Origin: a bacterium
GTDB lineage: Bacteria > RBG-13-61-14 > DATKZS01
DNA: 64,000 bases
Assembly: GCA_963674965.2 (NCBI GenBank)
Contig: CAXXFL010000006.1
Coordinates: forward strand, 352,001-416,000
Reading direction: 5' to 3'
This document shows positions 38,265-47,550 of the stretch, one piece after another. A model generated the notes under the pieces. That model saw nothing but the letters and a program-made list of their open reading frames with translations. It made no database searches and was not told where the DNA came from. The position numbers and the translations under genes were made by a program. Each line of letters opens with the position of its first letter. Position 1 is the stretch's first letter.

Positions 38265-40334
38265 ATGAAGAGGAAAACCATAGGCGTGGCGGCCGTTTTT
38301 ATGGCCCTGGCCGTTTTGGCTCCAGCCGTAGAAGCTTGGGGCAAGGAAACGAGATGGATACTGGATTTGTCCGGTGAGGGAAAGTTTTTCGATCTTCCCT
38401 ATCCGACTGAACTGAGAAGGATGGACGACGGGACCATCGACATGAGCGGCTTTCCCAATCCCTACGACATGGAGATGATCGAAAGGGCGGCCGACTCCGC
38501 GTCGAAAGGATACGGCTACAGCACGGCCCCCACCGTCTACTTCCGGTTTAAGGGACCCGGAGTCGACCCGGACCTGTTTCCCCAGCCGGCCGAGACCATG
38601 GCCAAGGGCGCCAAGCTTTTCATTATCGACGTGGACCCGAGCTCTCCGGAAAAGGGAAAACACTTTCCCGTTGTAGCCAGGTACTATAAATACGGCGCTC
38701 GGCAGATGAAGTCGCAGCGCAACCTTCTCGCGCTAATGCCCGTCCCCGGCTTCGTGCTTCGTGAGAACACGCTTTACGCCGCGGGGGTAAGAAGGTCCGT
38801 CGGGGGCAAGGACGGCGGATTGACGCCCAACGATGACCTCCTCAAGATAGCGGCCGGCCAGAAACCCGACGCTCCTCTTGGGCAAAAGGCCCTGGACGCG
38901 TACGGTCCCGCGCTGGCGTACCTGGCGGAAATGGGGGCCGAGGCCGACAAGCTGGCGGCGCTGACCGTGTTCCGTACGGGAGACCCCACCGCCCGCATGC
39001 AGAAGCTGTTCGACGGGGTCAAGGACATGACCGGTCTCGATATCCGGCAGCCCTTTACGCGGACCCGGGACTACGAGCTTTACTCCGTGCTGGAGGGCGT
39101 GGTCATGATGCCCCAGTTCCAGGACGGGACCCCGCCCTACGGCCATGGAAAGGGAGGCAGGATCAGTTTCGATGAAAAGGGCAAACCCATAGTGCGCCGC
39201 CATGACGAGGTACCAGTGGCCATCAGCGTGCCCAAGGGGAAGATGCCGCCGAAGGGTTTCCCTCTAACCATCTATATTCACGGAACGGCGGGAGTATCCA
39301 CCCAGTTTATCGACCGGGGCGAGGTTAAGGGCAAGGATAAGGCCCGCCACCATAACATTATCCGGGAGATGATCACCCCACCGGACAAGGCCCCCGAGGG
39401 GACCGGGCCGGCACTGATCTACGCTCTCCATGGCATAGCCGGGGCCGGGGCGGCCCAGCAGCACGCGGGCGAGAGAGGCGGCCTTGACGCCCAGCTTTTC
39501 TACTACAACTTCCTGTCGCCCGAGGCCCTGCGCGACAACATGCTCCAGGCTGCGGCCGAGGCGGCCATGCTGCTCAGGTTCCTGGCCAACCTCGAGATCG
39601 ACCCGTCCCTTTGCCCGGACACGGACTCGGGGGGAAATCCCATCGCGTTCGATCCCGACCTGGTCTTCGCCACGGGCCAGTCTTTAGGCAGCCTCATCCT
39701 GGGTCCGTGGGGCGCGGTCGAGACCGAGGTCAAGATTTTAATGCCCGCGGGCAACGGGGCCTACTGGCAGCTTTTCCTCTCGGAAGGGAACGCCTTTTCC
39801 CTGAACTTTCTAAGGAGAAAACAAAAGGGGCAGGGAGAGTTCCTCAAGTTCGACCGCTACCACCCCTATATATCCCTCATGTCCCAGGTGCTGGCGGAGG
39901 GAGACCCCTTCGCCTATCAGCCCCATTATTACAAGCGCCCCTTGCCCGGCCGGGACCCGAAGCATATATGGGCGTCCTTCGGCCAGGGCGACAACTATTT
40001 CTATCCGGTCTCGCAGAACGCGGCCATCCTCTGCATGGGCCTGGATTTCGCCGGCGAGGTGGCCGAGCCCTCGGTGCTGGACGCCCTCGAGATCGGCGGG
40101 CTCGAGAAGCTCGAGTATCCGGTCAAGTCGAACGCCAAGTCCGAGACGGGAGAAAAGGTCACGGCCGTGGCCGAGCAGTTCAAGGAGCACGGGCCGCTGA
40201 ACGGACACCACGTCAACTACCAGCGCGAGGACGCCAAGTACCAGTACGGCTGCTTCCTGGAGAGCATGGTCAAGGACGGCGTTCCCACCCTATACGAGGC
40301 CGGGGACGCTTGGGACGCGGAGTGCGGACAATAA
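38265..40334 (+). CDS. Secreted alpha/beta-hydrolase-like protein
   Basis: Signal peptide; IHGTAG, nucleophile elbow GQSLG, late Asp and GHH. Confidence 0.65.
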   Translation: MKRKTIGVAAVFMALAVLAPAVEAWGKETRWILDLSGEGKFFDLPYPTELRRMDDGTIDMSGFPNPYDMEMIERAADSASKGYGYSTAPTVYFRFKGPGVDPDLFPQPAETMAKGAKLFIIDVDPSSPEKGKHFPVVARYYKYGARQMKSQRNLLALMPVPGFVLRENTLYAAGVRRSVGGKDGGLTPNDDLLKIAAGQKPDAPLGQKALDAYGPALAYLAEMGAEADKLAALTVFRTGDPTARMQKLFDGVKDMTGLDIRQPFTRTRDYELYSVLEGVVMMPQFQDGTPPYGHGKGGRISFDEKGKPIVRRHDEVPVAISVPKGKMPPKGFPLTIYIHGTAGVSTQFIDRGEVKGKDKARHHNIIREMITPPDKAPEGTGPALIYALHGIAGAGAAQQHAGERGGLDAQLFYYNFLSPEALRDNMLQAAAEAAMLLRFLANLEIDPSLCPDTDSGGNPIAFDPDLVFATGQSLGSLILGPWGAVETEVKILMPAGNGAYWQLFLSEGNAFSLNFLRRKQKGQGEFLKFDRYHPYISLMSQVLAEGDPFAYQPHYYKRPLPGRDPKHIWASFGQGDNYFYPVSQNAAILCMGLDFAGEVAEPSVLDALEIGGLEKLEYPVKSNAKSETGEKVTAVAEQFKEHGPLNGHHVNYQREDAKYQYGCFLESMVKDGVPTLYEAGDAWDAECGQ

Positions 40335-40405
40335 AGGTTTGAGGCGTCGCAATATTCGCGGGCGGCCCGGATAGCCATATCCGGGCGCCATGAGGCGCGG
40401 GGCAA

Positions 40406-41380
40406 TTAATCCTTTTCGGTATTATCGATGAAGTAGCGTCTTATCAGGGACTCTATCTCATGGGCCTTCTTGACCTGGAACAGGTCCCTTCTAAAGCTCA
40501 CCGCCTCGGGGATGCCCCTCGAGTACCAGACCAGGTGCTTTCTTATCTCCGAGGCCGCCCTGTCCTCGTCCGAGTAATCGATCATCATGCGAAGGTGCCG
40601 GATGGCTATCTCGCCCTTTTGCGCCCTGGTGGGATTGGCCTCGGGATGGTCCGGACCCTTGGCCATGGCCGCGAATATCCAGGGAGCGCCGATGGCGACC
40701 CGGGCGGGCATGACGCCGGCGCACCCGGTATGCTCGATCATGCGGTCGGCGTCCTCCTTCGAGGCTATGCCGCCGTTTCCGATGACGGGTATGCCAACGG
40801 CCCGGACCACCTCCCGGATGGCGTCAAGGTCCGGCTCTCCCGAGAAGCCCCGTGACCTTTCCCGGCCGTGTACTATGACCGCGTCCACCCCCTCGCCCTC
40901 GCAAATCCGGGCCAACTCGACGGCGTTCCGGGATTGCCTGTCCCATCCCAGGCGCATCTTGACGGTCAGGGGTACGTCGATCGAGCGCCGGACGGCCCTG
41001 ATGATGGACTCGGCCCGAGTAAGGTCCTGCATCAGCGCCGCGCCCGCGCCGTTGCGGGTGATCTTCTTGACCGGGCATCCCATGTTCAGGTCGATGATAT
41101 CGGCCTCCATGGCGCCCAGGGTCCGGGCGGCCTCGGCCATCTCGTCCGGGTGAGGTCCGAAAAGCTGGATGGCCAGGGGCCTGTCCTCCGGGTGGGTCTT
41201 GAGGGCGTAAAGCACGTCGGACTGGAGACGCCGGAGGGCCACGGCGGTGGAGCTGACCATCTCCGTCACGGTAAGGGCCGCGCCGAAGCGGCGGCATAGA
41301 AGGCGCATGGGCCAGGATGAGTATCCGGCCAGGGGCGCGAGTATCAGGGGGGGCTCGATCTGAAGGGGACCGATTTTCAT
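40406..41380 (-). CDS. dusB: tRNA-dihydrouridine synthase B
   Basis: LAPLAG, TEMVS, DLNMGCP, VHGR, IGNGG. Confidence 0.92.
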   Translation of the reverse strand: MKIGPLQIEPPLILAPLAGYSSWPMRLLCRRFGAALTVTEMVSSTAVALRRLQSDVLYALKTHPEDRPLAIQLFGPHPDEMAEAARTLGAMEADIIDLNMGCPVKKITRNGAGAALMQDLTRAESIIRAVRRSIDVPLTVKMRLGWDRQSRNAVELARICEGEGVDAVIVHGRERSRGFSGEPDLDAIREVVRAVGIPVIGNGGIASKEDADRMIEHTGCAGVMPARVAIGAPWIFAAMAKGPDHPEANPTRAQKGEIAIRHLRMMIDYSDEDRAASEIRKHLVWYSRGIPEAVSFRRDLFQVKKAHEIESLIRRYFIDNTEKD

Positions 41381-41429
41381 GGACCGCGTCGTCGCGGCGG
41401 GAGCGCACCGCCACCGCTCCCGCCGGCTC

Positions 41430-42083
41430 TCATTTCAGCGACAGGCCCTGCTTTTCCCAGTCGGCCAGGAAAGCGGCCATGCCCTTGTCCGTCAGCGGAT
41501 GAAGTGCCATCTGCTTTATGACCTTGAGTGGAATGGTGGAGATATGGGCGCCCATGAGGGCCGCGTCCAGGATGTGGAGGGGATTTCGGATCGAGGCCAC
41601 GATTATCTCGCTGGCGTATCCGTAGTTGTTGTAGATGGTCACGAGCTGCTCGATAAGCTCCATTCCCCGGTTGGAGATATCGTCCAGCCGTCCCACGAAG
41701 GGACTCACGAAACTGGCCCCCGCCTTGGCCGCCAACAGGCCCTGCAAGGGAGAGAAGACCAGGGTGACGTTGCACCTGATGCCCTCCGGCTCGAGGGCCG
41801 CCACAGCCTTCATGCCCTCCACCGTCATGGGTATCTTGCAAACGATGTTGGGATGGATCGCGTGAACCAGTTTGGCCTCCTCGATCATGCCCTTGGCCTC
41901 GGTCGCCACCACCTCGGCGCTGATGGGACCGTCAACGATGGTTACGATCTCCTCGATTACCTCACGAAACGGACGGCCCGTCTTGGCCACCAGAGACGGG
42001 TTCGTCGTGACGCCGTCTACCAGTCCCATCTCGTTGGCCTCGCGGATTTCGCCCACGTCCGCGCTGTCAATGAAAATCTTCAT
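41430..42083 (-). CDS. tal: Transaldolase / fructose-6-phosphate aldolase family
   Basis: [34 protein letters not shown]. Confidence 0.92.
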   Translation of the reverse strand: MKIFIDSADVGEIREANEMGLVDGVTTNPSLVAKTGRPFREVIEEIVTIVDGPISAEVVATEAKGMIEEAKLVHAIHPNIVCKIPMTVEGMKAVAALEPEGIRCNVTLVFSPLQGLLAAKAGASFVSPFVGRLDDISNRGMELIEQLVTIYNNYGYASEIIVASIRNPLHILDAALMGAHISTIPLKVIKQMALHPLTDKGMAAFLADWEKQGLSLK

Positions 42084-42306
42084 CTAATTCCCCCTGAAAT
42101 AAAAGATTCGCGTCCCCCTCAAAAGGCTCGCGGTAAATAAATGCTCGCATGAAAAGAAGGGGTTTTCAAGCCAATGGCGGCCGACCAGTCGCGGCCGACC
42201 GTGACTGGAGCGGATCGGGAAGGATAGTTCGCGTGAACGAAATCAAGGTTATCGAAATGAAAAAACAAGAAACTGAAATTAGCATGACCCTTTGGCCAAT
42301 ACGGCG

Positions 42307-43743
42307 TCATTGCGGCGTCTTCCACTGGTAAGGCGCGTCTCGGAGTATTTGCTTGGAATAGTCCCGGGCGTTGGGGTTTTCCGGCTCTAGTTTCATGAAA
42401 GCGGGGTACTCGTCCAGGTCGAAGCGGTGGGTAAAGGAGCAGCCGCCCCGCAGAATGACCATTTTGGACGGGACCTCGCACTCGCCCGCCGACTCGAGTA
42501 TCCGGCTATGGGCCATCATGGGGACCCAGTCCGAGCCCTCGGGCAGGACGATCTTCTTTTTTCCTCCCGGCTCGTCGATGGGCGCCACCAGGATGGACCT
42601 TCCCAGCATGTAGTGGTTCCTTCCCCCCTTAAGCGGCCTTATCAGGGTCTCGCCCTCATCCATGGCCCGGGCCGTCTCGCTCAGGAAGTACTCCTTCAAT
42701 CCCTTGTGGAGGTGAACGTATTGGCGGTATACGGACAGGGTCTCCTCGTCAAAGGCCCAGGGCCTGTGCTCCCCTACCCCGCCGTTTTCCATGACCGAGC
42801 AGAAGGCGCCGAACTGGGCCCACCTGATAAAGGTTTCCTTTTCCGGCCCTCCTCCCCTGTACCCGCCAATATCGGAGCCAATGATCTGGTAGCCGTAGTC
42901 GGCCGAGTCGAGTATCCACCTCTGGGCTATCTTCATGCCGGAAAAGGTCGGGTCCTGGTCGCCCACCCAACTCATGTAGCTGACCTCGACGGGAGCGAAC
43001 TCGAAATAGAGCCCCAGGCCGAGAGGATTGAGGCTCGGTCTGATTTTCAAGCGGCTCTCGTTCAATATCTGCTCGAGGGGCCGGGCCATGACCACCGTGT
43101 TCCTTCCCGACCTCTCCCTGGTGTAGTTATAAAAGTCCGAATAGTAGGCGCGGGAATAGCTCTTCCTGGCCTTCCATCCCCGCAGGATGACGTAGGGGTC
43201 CACGCCGTCGCACTTCCATCCGTCTATTCCCATGTCGATGGCCTTGTTCATCCGGGCGTGGAACCACTCGAGGGCCTCGGGGTTGGCGTAGTCGATCCAT
43301 CCTCCCGGCCCTTTCCACCAGGTGACCTTTTCCATGCCCTTGACGAAGTACCCTTTTTCCAGGCACATGGAATATTCCGGGTCCTCCAGGTTGATCACGG
43401 GCGTGATCCAGAGGATGACCTTGATCCCGTTCGCGTGGAGGTCGTCGATCAGCTTTTGCGCGTCCGGGTAGCGTTCGGGATCGAACTCGAAAGTGTTATA
43501 CGCCGTCTCCCAGGGGGAATCGATGATAACCGCGTCCACCGGCATTCCCCGCTCGAGGTAGCCTTTGACCAGATCGTAGGTACCGGACGTGGTGGACTCG
43601 TCCTCCCAGACCACGTGGCCAAAAACCCAGTCGGGAAAGGGACGATCAGCGGAAGCCCCCTTTGCGGACAAGACCAGCCCAAAAAGCAAAAGCGCGGACG
43701 CCGCGGTAAGAAAAATTTGGTAAATATGGCTTTTCTCTCGCAT
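42307..43743 (-). CDS. Glycoside hydrolase family 31, secreted
   Basis: IDSPW, GIDGWKCD, WVGD, SDIGGY, RWAQFGAF. Confidence 0.88.
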   Translation of the reverse strand: MREKSHIYQIFLTAASALLLFGLVLSAKGASADRPFPDWVFGHVVWEDESTTSGTYDLVKGYLERGMPVDAVIIDSPWETAYNTFEFDPERYPDAQKLIDDLHANGIKVILWITPVINLEDPEYSMCLEKGYFVKGMEKVTWWKGPGGWIDYANPEALEWFHARMNKAIDMGIDGWKCDGVDPYVILRGWKARKSYSRAYYSDFYNYTRERSGRNTVVMARPLEQILNESRLKIRPSLNPLGLGLYFEFAPVEVSYMSWVGDQDPTFSGMKIAQRWILDSADYGYQIIGSDIGGYRGGGPEKETFIRWAQFGAFCSVMENGGVGEHRPWAFDEETLSVYRQYVHLHKGLKEYFLSETARAMDEGETLIRPLKGGRNHYMLGRSILVAPIDEPGGKKKIVLPEGSDWVPMMAHSRILESAGECEVPSKMVILRGGCSFTHRFDLDEYPAFMKLEPENPNARDYSKQILRDAPYQWKTPQ

Positions 43744-43814
43744 AACCGGTCCCCCCTAAAAACAGGATTCAACTATATCACGTTGGAAAGAGGGTGGAAA
43801 ATTCCAGAGGCAGA

Positions 43815-44732
43815 TTAAATCTCGCGCTGCTCGTGATCCTCGGGAAGGCATTTATAAACGAAGGCGGGAAGGGAAAAGGCGGCTTTATGAATGCCGGGGG
43901 TGTAGTATTTGCAATCGAGGTCGCCGATGTTTTCCGTCCTGAAGTCGTTCAGGGGATGGCTGGCCATGGAGCAGTAGCAGAAGGTCCACATAAAGCCAAT
44001 ATAGGCGGGGACCACGGCCCAGTACATCCAGGCGTTGGTGAAAAGCCCGTCCAGCTTCGCGTAGAGTTCCTTCATGAAGGGGCCATGATAGAAGGGGTTT
44101 TCCGTCTGAGCCACCATGACTCCCTTTTCGCTCATGGCGTTTTTGACGTATTGGTAGAATTCCCTGGAGAAGAGTACCTCACCGGGACCGATGGGGTCGG
44201 TGCTGTCCACCAGCACCAGATCGAGGCTTCCGGGTTCCAGGCTTTTCACGTACTCGATGCCGTCCTCGAAGCGCAGGTCCACGCGGGGGTCGCTGAGGCC
44301 GCAGGTCAGTTGGGGGAAGTACTTCTCGCAAATTCTGACCACCATCTCGTCTATCTCGACCATGGTGATGGTCTCGAGTCCCTTGTGCTTGACCAGTTCC
44401 CTTACCGTTCCCCCGTCGCCGCCGCCGATCACGAGGGCGTGCCTTGCGTTCTCGAGGGTCTGCATGGGCAGGTGGGAGATCATCTCATGATAGATGAACT
44501 CGTCGCGCTCGGTGAGCATGACCAGGCCGTCAAGGGTCAGCAGCTTGCCGTGGGAATAGGTGTCGAAGACGTCGATGCGCTGGTAATCGCTTCTTTCGGA
44601 GTACAGGGTCCTTTCCACTCGGTAGCCGTAGCTGACCATTCCCTTGTACATCTCTCGATACCACACGTCGGCCGCTCCCTCCAGGGAGGGCGGTATGGTA
44701 TAGTCGAAAATCCAGCCTTTCTGGTCAGTCAT
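43815..44732 (-). CDS. speE: Spermidine synthase
   Basis: LDGLVM, YHEMI, LVIGGGDGG, VDSTDP. Confidence 0.95.
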   Translation of the reverse strand: MTDQKGWIFDYTIPPSLEGAADVWYREMYKGMVSYGYRVERTLYSERSDYQRIDVFDTYSHGKLLTLDGLVMLTERDEFIYHEMISHLPMQTLENARHALVIGGGDGGTVRELVKHKGLETITMVEIDEMVVRICEKYFPQLTCGLSDPRVDLRFEDGIEYVKSLEPGSLDLVLVDSTDPIGPGEVLFSREFYQYVKNAMSEKGVMVAQTENPFYHGPFMKELYAKLDGLFTNAWMYWAVVPAYIGFMWTFCYCSMASHPLNDFRTENIGDLDCKYYTPGIHKAAFSLPAFVYKCLPEDHEQREI

Positions 44733-45157
44733 ATAAAGCCCTGACTGAACTTCTGAAGCTCCGCGTATTCCTTTGCCTCCGCCTCGGGGACCGGATATCT
44801 TTTAATAACCTCGAGGTCTCCCCGGGTAAGGACTTTAATCTCGTGATGAGTGGGATTTAAATTGTCCAGGAGGTATTGATGGCCCGCCTCGGGATCGGCC
44901 TGGGAGCCGCAGGTGAAAACCTCGACCGAGGCGTATCCATATTCGGGCCAAGTGTGAATAGCCAAGTGGGACTCGGCTAAAATAACAACGCCGCTCACGC
45001 CCTGGGGCGCGAAACGGTGAAGACAAGTTTGAACTACGGTCGCGTTTGCCGCTTTAGCCGCTTTCTCCAGCAGTGGGGCCAGATAAGCGGCGTCATCCAG
45101 CTTGGCTGGATCGCACCCATAGTATTCCGCTAGAACGTGTCTTGCCAGTCCTGCCAT
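44729..45157 (-). CDS. speD: S-adenosylmethionine decarboxylase proenzyme
   Basis: GVSGVVILAESHLAIHTWPEYGYA...FTCG. Confidence 0.95.
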   Translation of the reverse strand: MAGLARHVLAEYYGCDPAKLDDAAYLAPLLEKAAKAANATVVQTCLHRFAPQGVSGVVILAESHLAIHTWPEYGYASVEVFTCGSQADPEAGHQYLLDNLNPTHHEIKVLTRGDLEVIKRYPVPEAEAKEYAELQKFSQGFI

Positions 45158-45187
45158 TTCTCACATCCCTTCCCCTTCAGGTTTTTT

Positions 45188-45276
45188 TGCGCTGGAAAGG
45201 ATCTTGCTCTCCAATGGGGCAAAGCAGTCCTCCAGCGCATGAATCCTTATTTTAGTTATTTGGTTCCCATTGTCAA
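45188..45276 (-). promoter_or_regulatory. speD promoter and hairpin leader
   Basis: TTGACA (45276-71)-16 bp-TAAAAT (45254-49); 9-bp closing stem TGCGCTGGA/TCCAGCGCA at 45188-96/45231-39. Confidence 0.55.
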
Positions 45277-45418
45277 GCCCCTTATGGCCATGAATGACTA
45301 AACCATATAAATATTCTTTTTTTTCAAGATGATATGGAAACTAAGACGGACTTGGGATAGAAAAAGGTTAGGCTGAAGTTAACAAAAAGTGAAAATAGAG
45401 AAAGCCTCTTGAAAAACC

Positions 45419-45568
45419 CCCGCTTTGGAGTGCGGCGGCTCGACGCCGCTTTTTTCCCGAGCGGCTTGACGCGAGGCTCTCCGTTGTATTTTCAGGCCTT
45501 GTCAAGCCAAGGCCATCGAAAGCGGTCTCAAGCGACCGACTCTCAAAGCGGCTATGCCGCCAAGAAAA
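45419..45568 (+). repeat. REPIN/MITE-like palindromic repeat, copy 1
   Basis: CGCTTTGGAGTGCGGCGGCTCGACGCCGCTTT...AAAGCGGTCTCAAGCGACCG...CAAAGCG; near-identical to the revcomp of 49703-49852. Confidence 0.88.
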
Positions 45569-45629
45569 GGACTTATCAAGAAGCACATAGAAAGTAAAGC
45601 GGAACTGCATGGTTGGCATAAGGCCCCGG

Positions 45630-47312
45630 TCATTTCTTCCGCTTGAAAAATCCCCCCTTTTTGGATTGGGAGTCGGCCTTTTCCTTTTGTCTCCAGATTA
45701 TCTGCAGTTCCCGCTTGACGTCCACGTCGTGAGGCTTCATGTCAGCGGCCTTGGCGAAGTTCTTCTCCGCCTCGTCCAGACGGCCGTCGTTTTTGAAAAT
45801 AACGCCGAGGAAATAATAGGCGTCGGCCAGTTTCGGGTTCTTTTCCATGGCCTTCTGGATCGTGTTCTTGGCCTTCATGGCGGACGGATGTCCTTCAAGC
45901 CTGTAGTCGGCCCAGGCCAGATACATCTGGTACTCGATTTCCTCGGGCATCAATTTAACCGATCTTTCAAGCAGTTCCTTGGCCGCTTTCCAGTTCTTCG
46001 AGCGCAGCATGGCCTCGGCCCGCTGGAACTCGACTTCAGCCTCGATGGCGCGGGAGGCCTTCTCCATGTCGGCCTTGCTGACGTTGGCGTCAAGGTCCTT
46101 GACGTACTGAGCCTTGGCCCGGTCGTCGCTGAGGACCTTGTAAGCCTCGCTCACCATTGTAAATAAATCCTCCACCTCATCCTTGACCTTGCCCTTGTAA
46201 AGGTCCGGACGGGCGTCGGGATGGAATTTCTTGGCGAACTTGAAGTATATCTGTTTGATTTTCGAGGCCGAAGAATTACGCTCCACTCCCAAAAGGTCGA
46301 AAAAGTTCTTTTTCGAGTCCTTTCCCATTTCGAGCATGGAACTGATTTGTTTCAATATCTCGTCGTTTGAGAGGTCCTTGTCAAGGACGTCCTCGATGGG
46401 GAGCTTGGTATCGTCTTTCTTGCGCGCGCCCTCAGCCTTGGCGGCGTCTTTCGGTTTCGATTCCTTGGTGTCCGTGTCCTTCTTTTCGATCACGGGTTTG
46501 GGAGGAGGAGCGGCCTTGGGCTCGTGGGCCCTGGGACCGGGGAAATTGTTTTCTCCCTCGGGAAGCATTAAAAGGTCGGCGAAAAAGAAAGCCAATAAAA
46601 GCGCCTCGGCGTCGTCCTTGCCCAGGGGCGAGGTCTTGACAAGGTTGGCGAAGCTGAATTTCTCCGGAGCCTCTCCAAGCCATTTCATGGTCTTGGCCGA
46701 GCAGCCGAAGGCGCCGAGAGAGTCCTCAAGCCCGGGAGCGGCGGAAAAAGTTTTCCGCTCGATATCGGGATATTCCTTCTTGACGCGGGCGGCCGGATAA
46801 TGCTCCCTTACCCCCTCCAAAAGCAGCTGGCCGGGAGCGATGGGAATAAGGGCGTGCTTTTCCATCAGCGACTCGGGGTCCTGGTCCTTGAACTCGTAAA
46901 ATCCCTTGATAAGGGCGAACAGGTTCTTGATCTTCAACCCTACCTGTCGGGTGACCAGATCGGGAAGCTCGGAGGGGCTGACGACCGCGCCGGTCATGAT
47001 CTTTTGCTCGATCTTTCCGTAATCTCCGCCCGCCTCGGCTTTTAGTTCCTCGTTTTCTTTGGGCGTTATTTTTCCGAGTGAAACCAGAATCTCGCCAAGG
47101 GTCTCATGGACCGATCCGCCCTGCACCGCGAAGGCGTCTCCGCCGCTGATGATAACGCGCTTCAATATCTTACCGCCCTCGGCCCTGGATTTGTCGCGCA
47201 CGTCCAGAAACCCCGAGCGACGGTCAAGGCATATCGAGTAGAAAACCCGGGCAAAGGGTATGTCCCTTAAATCTCCCGAGTCGGGAATTATTTCACTTAC
47301 TTCGGCGGCCAA
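45630..47312 (-). CDS. J-domain (DnaJ) plus TPR protein with N-terminal DUF4388-like region
   Basis: FFDLLGV...KKFHPD, TPR helices; start uncertain (TTG 47312; frame open to 47408). Confidence 0.8.
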   Translation of the reverse strand: MAAEVSEIIPDSGDLRDIPFARVFYSICLDRRSGFLDVRDKSRAEGGKILKRVIISGGDAFAVQGGSVHETLGEILVSLGKITPKENEELKAEAGGDYGKIEQKIMTGAVVSPSELPDLVTRQVGLKIKNLFALIKGFYEFKDQDPESLMEKHALIPIAPGQLLLEGVREHYPAARVKKEYPDIERKTFSAAPGLEDSLGAFGCSAKTMKWLGEAPEKFSFANLVKTSPLGKDDAEALLLAFFFADLLMLPEGENNFPGPRAHEPKAAPPPKPVIEKKDTDTKESKPKDAAKAEGARKKDDTKLPIEDVLDKDLSNDEILKQISSMLEMGKDSKKNFFDLLGVERNSSASKIKQIYFKFAKKFHPDARPDLYKGKVKDEVEDLFTMVSEAYKVLSDDRAKAQYVKDLDANVSKADMEKASRAIEAEVEFQRAEAMLRSKNWKAAKELLERSVKLMPEEIEYQMYLAWADYRLEGHPSAMKAKNTIQKAMEKNPKLADAYYFLGVIFKNDGRLDEAEKNFAKAADMKPHDVDVKRELQIIWRQKEKADSQSKKGGFFKRKK

Positions 47313-47550
47313 GTCTATCCTGTCCTCGCCGACTATAATGCCAAATATAACCTGGAAAATCAATACGATCCGACGCCACGCGGTTTGGCGTTCAAAGGAA
47401 CGCCGCAAATTTGCGCTCCCGGAGAGGGGAAGCGGGGCCCTTTCCGATTACTGAACAAAAGATGAGACCGCGGGAAATCCGGCTCACTGGCTCCGCCCTT
47501 GCCGATCATGATAAAATATCCGGAGGTTTCGATCAGCGGGACTGATTCGC

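Noticed and set aside
45188..45239. Intrinsic terminator upstream of speD
   Set aside because: The hairpin is not followed by a U-tract on either strand; kept as a leader candidate instead.
45368..45619. Short ORFs at 45368-45619, 45409-45597, 49776-50063 and 49792-49974, some with shared RFGVRRLDAAF text
   Set aside because: They are translations of the palindromic repeat, not genes.
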